DNA of 64,000 nucleotides from the human T2T-CHM13v2.0 reference genome, Homo sapiens: NCBI RefSeq assembly GCF_009914755.1, contig NC_060926.1; one strand, 5' to 3'. The position numbers and the translations under genes were made by a program. The notes beneath the pieces are model-generated. The model saw nothing but the letters and a program-made list of their open reading frames with translations, was not told where the DNA came from and did not search any database. How positions within the stretch are numbered: position 1 is the first letter of the stretch; each line of letters starts with the position of its first letter. This document shows positions 54,700-64,000 of this stretch, piece by piece.

Positions 54700-55230
54700 T
54701 GACACTATGGAAATTAAGCTACATGAAAGAATTTGGACTAAAAATGTAGACTTCTGTGCAATCAATACAAGAGTCAGGGTTGAGGCAATGTATGAGTGAG
54801 TTCACCTGGAGAATATAATAAGAGAGAAATAGAATATAATAAGAGAATATAATAAAAGACAAAAGCCATAAGGACTGTCTGTCCATCCTTCAGTGGAAAG
54901 AGAAATTAAGACAGGAAAAGAGCAGTCAGAAAGAAAGGATGAACACAAGGAGGAATTTTAGAGTGACTGATCATTAGTGTCAATTGTAATAGAAAAATCA
55001 AAGAAGATTGGGGCTGAGAAAAGTCATGCTGGCCTGGGATCATTGGAAATTAAATTTTTATGTCAGAGGTTTGTTACTGTGGTGGCAACAGGACAAGATT
55101 GGCACAAAGTGAGTAGGGAATGAGAAGGAGGCAGCAGTGGAGGCCGTTGAGTAGTGACAACTATTTTGAGAATATTATTTGAAGAAAGGAGACAGATGGG
55201 ACAGTAGCTTGAGGGTTGAAGTGAGATTCA
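54700..55230 (-). mobile_element. L2 fragment
   Basis: GAGTGAGTTCACCTGGAGA...GAAAAGAGCAGTCAGAAAG...AGTGTCAATTG...GATGGGACAGTAGCTTGAGGG. Confidence 0.65.
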
Positions 55231-56474
55231 AAAACCCACTTCTTAAGTAAAATTTCTCAATAACACATTCATCATAAAAGATTTTTGTTTGATTTTTCCC
55301 AAAGCATTCCTAAAGGCCATCTACTATATATGTGGTTGAATCCTGGAAAAAGTCTTGAATTCTGGACAAATAACTAAATCTTGGCACCCTCCATATTCTC
55401 CACCTGAAAATAGGATTACTAATTATTGGTGTTCAACTGCATGTTGTGAACACTCCAGGAAGTATAAAATCATTTTTAAACTGCAAAGCCCATACAAAAT
55501 ATGGTAGTATTATCATTGTAATCAACTATGTAATTTTTTAACATCTAATACAAAATATTCCAAAATATTTATATTTCAAAACATTTTAAGAGAAAGTAAT
55601 TTGATATGTAACAGTTTGAAATTAAAGTAAGAAAATGACCATTTACAAAGTACTCACACTATATGCCACGCATAGAAATAGATATGTAAAATGATTCTTT
55701 TAATTCTCTTTAGGGAACAATAAGGTAAGTATAGATTTGCTCTTTTTATTGATGGAAAACAAATCTGCGAGATATTAACTAGTATTCTCAAATTCACTTA
55801 ACCAGTTACAGAAGAGTCAGGATTCAGGATTAAAACCTATGTTATAAAGTTATAAATCCACTTTGCTCAATCAATATAAACGTTTGTTTCTCACATTTCC
55901 TTGTATTATACATATAAACAAGAACTCTAATAAAATAGTTGTTTGATTTGGCTGGACATATTCGTTAAAATAACTGCTTATATAATTATGAACTAAATTC
56001 AAATTTGAAGAAGAAATCCTTATGAAATGTAAAGGTTTCTGGGTTTTTTCTCTGTATGATTCTTTTTAGATGTCCTGTGTTGCCTGCAGAATTTAGGATC
56101 AGAAGTCCCAAATAAAAAGTATTACTTACAAAGTGTTGTAAATATATTTTTAGTACAGAAATCCCAACTGTTTCTCATTAAAATGCTCCATTTCCATGCC
56201 TTGTTCTCCAAAGTGGTGCTACGGGTGACTAATGGAGTCCTATTCCCAAATCAAATACTCTCAGTTATATAGAGGTGTAATTAGTAAGCCTGCTTTCGTA
56301 TATTTGAAGAACCATGTGAACACTATTTATCCCTATTTTCACTATTATATAATAATGAAAATTCTAACTTTACTAGGGACAAAGAAGATAAAGGGCAAGG
56401 ATACAAAGATAATGCAGATGAATGGAAGAAGAAAATTTATTCCCATGTAAAATCCACTATTTCCTTTAAGCAGG

Positions 56475-56700
56475 AGAAGTGGTACAGAAATGTAATGGTT
56501 AAAATCTGGGTTTAAATTTAGGCTCTACAATTTACCAGCAATTTTGGGCAGGATTACAAATTACCAGTGATTTTGGGCCAGATATTTAGCTGCTTGTGTC
56601 TTGGTTTCCTCGTCTATGAAGTAAAATTGTATAATTATTAAATGTGAAAGAGTTACAAGAATGCCCAGCCCATAGAAAGCCTTATATGTATTATTATTAA
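56475..56700 (+). mobile_element. MIR with an internal 29-bp tandem duplication
   Basis: CTGGGTTTAAATTTAGGCTCTAC, then ACAATTTACCAGCAATTTTGGGC repeated as ACAAATTACCAGTGATTTTGGGC, then GGTTTCCTCGTCTATGAA. Confidence 0.75.
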
Positions 56701-56984
56701 CATTTTATTTTCAAAGTTACTCTGAAGATCTTTCTCTTGAATTTCTTATGAATAACGAAAACAAATACTGCTATCTAGAAAAACTAAATTTTCAACTCTA
56801 CTTAATAACAAAATAAGGCTCCTCGAGGTAGGCATAAATTTAAAGAAACAATATTAGATCTTATTTAAGGAGAGGAGTTCTTTAGTTATAATCAATTCAT
56901 TCATTAATTTATTCATATTTATTCAACAATCATTGTCTATTGTGTGCCTCCTGCCCTATATTTATAAAATAACAGTCATCAATT

Positions 56985-57800
<816 letters not shown>

Positions 57801-58221
57801 ATGCTTTAAACCCAGAAGCAATACGATGTGAATAGTACCTCTAGGTATAAAGGCTGAGTTGCAGCTAAGAGGTGAGATGAAATGAAATTTATAGAAGTCT
57901 GTAGAAAACAGAGGGTAGTATATTAGTTTTTATGTCTTCTCATGAAGGCAGGTCTAGATACATTTATCAATACATTTAGAGATAATAGTCTAATAACTCA
58001 GAGTGCTAATATACTAATATATTATCCCAAATGACCCAGAATATATCCTCGTCAGCACATTTACCCTGTGCCCCTCAAGCTACTTGGTCAACTTGTCATC
58101 AAAACGTTTCATGGAATCCAACACGAGGAATTAGCCCTATATTCTTAAAGGCACCTAAATTGGATAAGCCAGATAAGGAGGGGAGAATATGCTTATCAGC
58201 TCCTTTGAAAACCCTGTCTAG

Positions 58222-58605
<384 letters not shown>

Positions 58606-58805
58606 AGCATAGTCCTCTTTTAGATAGGGTATACAACAACGGATTATGATTCGGTTAGTTTTTCCCATTTACTACAATTAGATTAGATAGATTGACCCAA
58701 ATATATTCTCTTGAAACAAAACCAAGAACACTTAAATGGCAACATAAGCCCCTAAAATTCCTCGGCCTTTGATTTCTGGCTAATACTTAGGGTAAGGTTT
58801 TCACC

Positions 58806-59133
58806 TTTTTTTTTTTTTTTTTGAGAGAGAGAGGATCTTACACTGTTGCCCAGACTGGAGTGCAGTGGGGGTGATCGTAGCTCACTGCAACCTCAAACTT
58901 CTGAGCACAAGTGTCCCTACCACCTCAGCCTCCTGAGTAGCTGGGACTACAGGCATGTGCCACCATACCCAACTAACTAAAAAAAAAAAAAAAGAAAGAA
59001 AGAAAAATTGTAGAGATAAGGTCTCGCTATGTTGCCCAGGCTGGTCTTGAACTCCTGAGCTCAAGCGGTCCTCCCGCATCAGCTTGTAATCCCAAAGTGC
59101 TGGGATTATAGGCATGTGCTATTGCACCCAGCC
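58806..59133 (-). mobile_element. AluJ with atypical linker
   Basis: J diagnostics (ATCGTAGCTCACTGC, GTCTCGCTATGTTGCCCAGG, CTCAAGCGGTCCTCCC). Confidence 0.95.
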
Positions 59134-59329
59134 CATTTCCACATTTTTGCTATGCACATTTATACCCACATGTTGCCATCATGTAGTATGTTATCTTGGC
59201 TGCACGTTTTACCATAGAAGCTTTTATGTAGATTCTCAGGCTTCTTTATTGCCTATTTGTGATAAGATTGCCTGAAATGTGGCCCTCCTGCCTGGACACA
59301 CAACTATACTTGCACCACTTCACTAATTT

Positions 59330-60462
59330 TTTTTGATGGGTGACTTCACTTTTTTCTCCAACATAGCCATGGCCCAGGGTTTTATTCTTAGGCCTCATCA
59401 CTTCTTTTTCTACATGTGCATCTTCTCAAATTGTGCCCATTACAATAACATCTGTGTAAAAAACTTCTGTTTAAGAAAATTTTAGATCTTTCTGTTTATC
59501 CTGAATCTCTCTTCCAAATCCCGTCCTACCACATAACTTTATTAAGGCTTCTCCTGAACCTTAAATAAACATGTTAAGTGTAGAATTTTCATAGTTCCCC
59601 TTAAGTCCTCACAAACTATGTTTTCCTTTGACTTTATTTTCCATTTAATAGTTTTTTTTTTAAGAGCATTCTAGGCTTGAAAATGAAGGGTCTTTTTATT
59701 CCTATTTCTCTATTAACATGCAAATTATAACCAAAGTCTTCTAGATTTGGTCTCTGTACTGTTGCTGAAGTCTATCTCTTTTCCATCTTCACCACCAGCA
59801 TTCTACTTAGGGCTCATTGATGTCCCTCCTAGAATTGCTGCAATAGATCTTTAACTCTCCTCTCACCTCCAATTCGAGTTTTCAGATTCCAATTGATTCT
59901 ATGCAGACAGCCAGTCTGCCCTTCTTAGCCATTCTCCAATTATTCACTGCTTAAAATCCACCAGGGCTCGTCTTAGTTTAGCAAATAAAACCAGCATTTT
60001 TCAGTTTGAATTTCCAGACCTTCCACAAACATTTAATCTCCTTATTCCCATATGTATGTCCTGTATTCTGAGTAAATTGGAATCTAGTAGTGTTTACTAA
60101 ATATATTACACATTTTTTCAGTGTTGTGTACATACTTTATATCGAGAAGGCTCCTTGTCATCATTCTCTTACCTTAAAAAATGGCATATACCTTTAAAGC
60201 ATACTGCAAACACAGGTTCTTTCCAGGTTTTTTCATAATCCTGTTTTCTGCTTTTTTAAGTGATTGTAGCAAAGCAATTTATCTGTATTTCTTACAATAT
60301 TACTTGTAACTCCAGTCACTTAGGCACAAGACTATCCAATCTTTTCTGCTAAGCTCTAGGATTCTTCAAGAAAGCAGCTGTACCTTATCAATTTCATAGT
60401 CTTAATGACATGCACAGTGCCTGGCACACTGTAGGAGCTTTATAATGTTTGTTAACTTGGAA
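59330..60462 (+). mobile_element. L2, long degenerate 3' region
   Basis: CCCAGGGTTTTATTCTTAGGCCTC...TAGAATTGCTGCAATAG...CTGCTTAAAATCC...GCACAGTGCCTGGCACACTGTAGG terminus. Confidence 0.78.
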
Positions 60463-61097
60463 TAGACCAGAGTTAAGTAGGCTACATGGGAATCAAGTCC
60501 GTGACCTTAGTCTCATTATCACTGATGCCTGGCCACAAGAAAAATATGTAAAGTGGCAAAATTCTTGTTATATTGAAGCTTTAATTAAAGTACATTTAAT
60601 TCTCAAGACAAGTTCCAGTTTAGTGACCCTGAAGAAGAATAGAGAATGTCATCTATTCATTAACTGAGCAGGGGTAAATGCAAGTTCCTCTAGGAATTTC
60701 CATTTTAGAACAGCCAATATTGGCCGAGACAAACTGACAACAGAGATAAGTGCCTAGAGATAGAGACGTGGGCAGTCAGAAAGCTTTTTGAAGCTAAATG
60801 CATTTGGTAAACTAGCAATGTTACTTCCCGTGTTCTTAGACTAGCTTTAAGTAGTGGGAAGGATTAAAAATAAAAAAATGCAAAACGTAAGATTGTTATT
60901 CTCAAAGAGTAAATGCTTCTCTTCACCTATTTATTCTGTACCTATGTGTGTGTGTAGTTTTTAATGTTTACTTAATATAATTTATAATCTACTTACTGCT
61001 TATTGTGCATAACTTGCTCATATTTGCCTCTCTGTCACAACATCTCTATTCCTTAATACCTGGTATATCCTTCAATTGCATCTATGACAATCTAGGT

Positions 61098-61316
61098 AAG
61101 GATTCAGCAACATTTTTTACAAAGGCCTAGATGGTAAACATTCTAGTCTTTGGGGCCCAGGAATCCACATCCGCTCTCTGTAGCAACTACTCAACTCTGC
61201 CATTGTGGGAAAGCAGCCATGGACAGTACTGAGTGGACTAGGATGGCTGTGGTCACGGGCTGTACAGAATACACAGAAGGCTGGATTTGGTCCATAGGCT
61301 GCAGTTTGCTGACCTA
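61098..61316. mobile_element. MER58A-like hAT-Charlie element
   Basis: GGATTCAGCAAC...AAAGGCC...CTCTGTAGCAACTACTCAACTCTGCCATTGT...GGATTTGGTCCATAGGCTGCAGTTTGCTGACC. Confidence 0.88.
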
Positions 61317-62554
61317 CATTACTCATAAGCTCCAAAGGTTTCTCCATCCAAGAACCCTTTGATATCTGGCTCTATCTTACTTGAATTTTTAATTGACTTT
61401 ATTATTGGTTTGGTAGAGATGTAAAACCAAGAGACAGTGGAGACAGATTGGAGACAAAAAGATAAAGCAAATGAGATGTTTGGTCAGAGCATTATGGCGA
61501 GGATGGGGGTGAACCAAGGATGGAGACAATATCAGATAAATTAAAACATCCCTCTGGTTCTTTCTTAGGAGCCAGGGAGAGTTGGGTCAAACCTAGGATC
61601 TTCCCGACACAATGAGACTTTCTTATTTATTATGGACAAAATAGCCACTGGCATAATCAAGAAATAAGCAACAAAGCCAATTTAATGCCCCCTGAGCCTC
61701 CACTGTTAAAAGTAAAATCCTCTGAGCAGGAAGAAAAGTCAGCTGAGGAAAAGGATCAACATTCAATTCTTTCTCATTTTTACAGACTTGCTGCTCTGAG
61801 TTAGCTTGACCCTCCACTGTTAAGGTGGGGAAAGCAATTCAAGCAGCAGATTGTGAAACCACTCCAAAACATGGGGATACTGAGTGTCAGTTTCCTAGTC
61901 AGGATTCATGTTATAGGGGATTTCCTTCCTAACAGCTATGCCAGCCTAGACCAGGCAAAACAAGGTGGATTGAAGCCATATATTATAGCAGTGAATATTA
62001 ACTGTGATTAAAATCAGCAAAAATTATCTGAGGCGTTTGATACTCATTTAACCTTTAATAACCTTTAATCCCTGAGATTTAATTTTCTTCATTATGATGC
62101 AATCTTTTCTTTCTTTTTTTTTAATCTGTGGAATACAATCTTCCTTAATTCTTTTCTTTTTAATAAAAAATTCTTCTCAAGTGAAACTAACTAGGTAACA
62201 TTAAGGCCTTGCCACTAATTAATTTTACTGTATGTATGGATTTTTACTGGAATGTTGATATCTAAATTAAAGCATGGAATGAGACCTTAAATTCTAGTTG
62301 ATCACATTTCTTCTGGTTCTTGGTTACCTTCACTTTTGTGGTTAAAGTAATACACATCCATTCAAGTTCTGCATATTGTCTATTACCATTTTGTTTTTCT
62401 CTCTTCATAAGAATTTACTTTCTCTTAAGGTCTCAATAACTAGCAGAGTTTTTTTTTTTCTAAGTTTAATAGTTTACATATTTGATGTCTGCATCCCTTT
62501 TTCATGTAATAGATTCCTTTGCTGATTGGTATTTACTACTAGTGGTATAAATTA

Positions 62555-62945
62555 TTAACTGTTTACCACAATCATTCCCTTTTCCTTCTGGACACAGAGC
62601 TAGGTTGTATTTCGCAGCCTCTCTCACAGTTTAGTGTGACCACAAGACTGAGGACATTGAAATGTGGTGGAAGTGATGGCTGTCTCTTTCAGACCTGGGC
62701 TATAAAAACCTCTTAGACCACCGTTACTCTTTATGACCACTGGCTGACAGTGAAGGACTTAGAAGTCCTGAAAGATGGTGGGGTCATGAGATGGAAAAGA
62801 CTGGGCCCCTAAATCACCCTGTGATAGTTCATCTCCTGACCACGCTCATTGAATTGTCAGCAAGACAGTAATTTTTATTATGGTAAATCACTATGATTTC
62901 TGGGGATTTATCTACTACAGAAGGAAGTATTACCCTAATTTATAC
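62555..62945 (+). mobile_element. MLT1 (J/I-like) MaLR LTR
   Basis: GTATTTCGCAGCCTCTC...GAAATGTGGTGGAAGTGATG...TTCAGACCTGG...AGATGGAAAAGACTGGGCCCCTAAATCAC. Confidence 0.78.
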
Positions 62946-63074
62946 GCCACTTAGTCCTGTTATACATTACACTCCATGTTGCTTTCTAAGATTTCGTTTT
63001 TCCCTTCTCTGTAATCTTCTTCATAGAAGGTACTTGACCCTCAGTGAGAGGGATTTTGAAATTCAAAGTAAAAT

Positions 63075-63280
63075 ATCACAATCATTTTCATTCCATGTTA
63101 TTTCAACAACAAACCTAAAATGCAGCTGTTATTTATCCTTATTCTACAGATGAAGACAAGGAGGCACAAAGAGTTAAGTGGTTTTTCAAAATCATACAGC
63201 AAATTTCTGAAAGGCCAGTATTCGAATACAATCTAGTCTGGTGCCAAAGCTCAGGTTTTTACATTATGTCACCTTTTCTA
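63075..63280 (-). mobile_element. MIR
   Basis: ATTCTACAGATGAAGACAAGGAGGCACAAAGAGTTAAGTGG...ATCATACAGC...ATTCGAA. Confidence 0.82.
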
Positions 63281-64000
63281 TCACGTCCTGGAAACCTCTA
63301 AAGATGCTTTAATGTTATCACAACTCCAACTGTCTCTTTCTCAACCAACAATAAATACTAAACTGCTGGAGAATCATTTATGCCCTGCAATGTCAGTGAG
63401 ACATTTAATAATTAAATAGTAATAGGAGGGCCAAAAAACATTTTCTTAAACTTTATTAATAATTCACTTTGGACAACATCCAAGAAGTCTGGTTATGCTG
63501 CATTCTGCACTTCATAGGGCTTGTTGTGATTCTACCTCTGTACCTAGGCCAATAAAAACATTGTAACACTTCTAAATCCCAAATGCAGAAATTAGGACAA
63601 AACTCCAAGGACTTAAAATAAGTTGTTAAATATTTTTTTGAATGTGAAAATCTCATAAATCATGAGTTCTATGAGGTGAGGTGACACTTGACATTGAGAT
63701 CTACACATCATCTTTATAGATAAGTCACATCTCTTATTGGTACAGCATTTTGATGACCTTGCTAGCACCTTTCTTGTGAGCCCCATGACTGTTCTCATCT
63801 TCCAAACGTCTTGTGATGTTCAGCAAGGAAGCTGTTGTTATCCCCAGTACAGTGAAAAAAAATGTTTCAATCACTGATCCTCAGCTAAGCTCATTCATAA
63901 AGCCAATTGACAAATGAATAATTCTAAGGTTTGGGCATTTATTGAGTTTCTTTGTGCCAGTTATAAACTTGATAAATATCATTTTACATTATCTTTACAT

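Overview
AT-rich, repeat-dense primate (very probably human or great-ape) genomic DNA that reads as intergenic or deep-intronic. I see no CpG island, no host protein-coding exon I can support, no RNA gene and nothing prokaryotic. The window is a layered record of transposition. It holds about 16 Alu/FLAM copies, most with readable target-site duplications (TSDs), and a 2.5 kb 5'-truncated L1PA4-like LINE carrying broken ORF2. It also has older L1M pieces, L2 and MIR relics, and solo LTRs (MLT2A, THE1, LTR1, MLT1, LTR33-like). A deleted ERVL provirus shows recognisable gag, RNase H and integrase remnants, and DNA transposons include MER58A x2, MER63A, MER5, MER82, MER2 and MER1B. The ORFs I could assign are repeat-derived; the rest look like chance frames. 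I found no evidence for a new multi-gene biological system. The most unusual signals are mechanistic: a TSD-bounded L1MC whose 5' UTR is joined directly to its 3' UTR, a twin-primed inverted L1, two apparent templated insertions inside MIRs, a quasi-palindrome-perfecting insertion in an Alu, and a still-open Tigger HTH micro-ORF. Repeat family names come from my recollection of consensus sequences, not from a database search. Subfamily calls and the boundaries of old elements are approximate.
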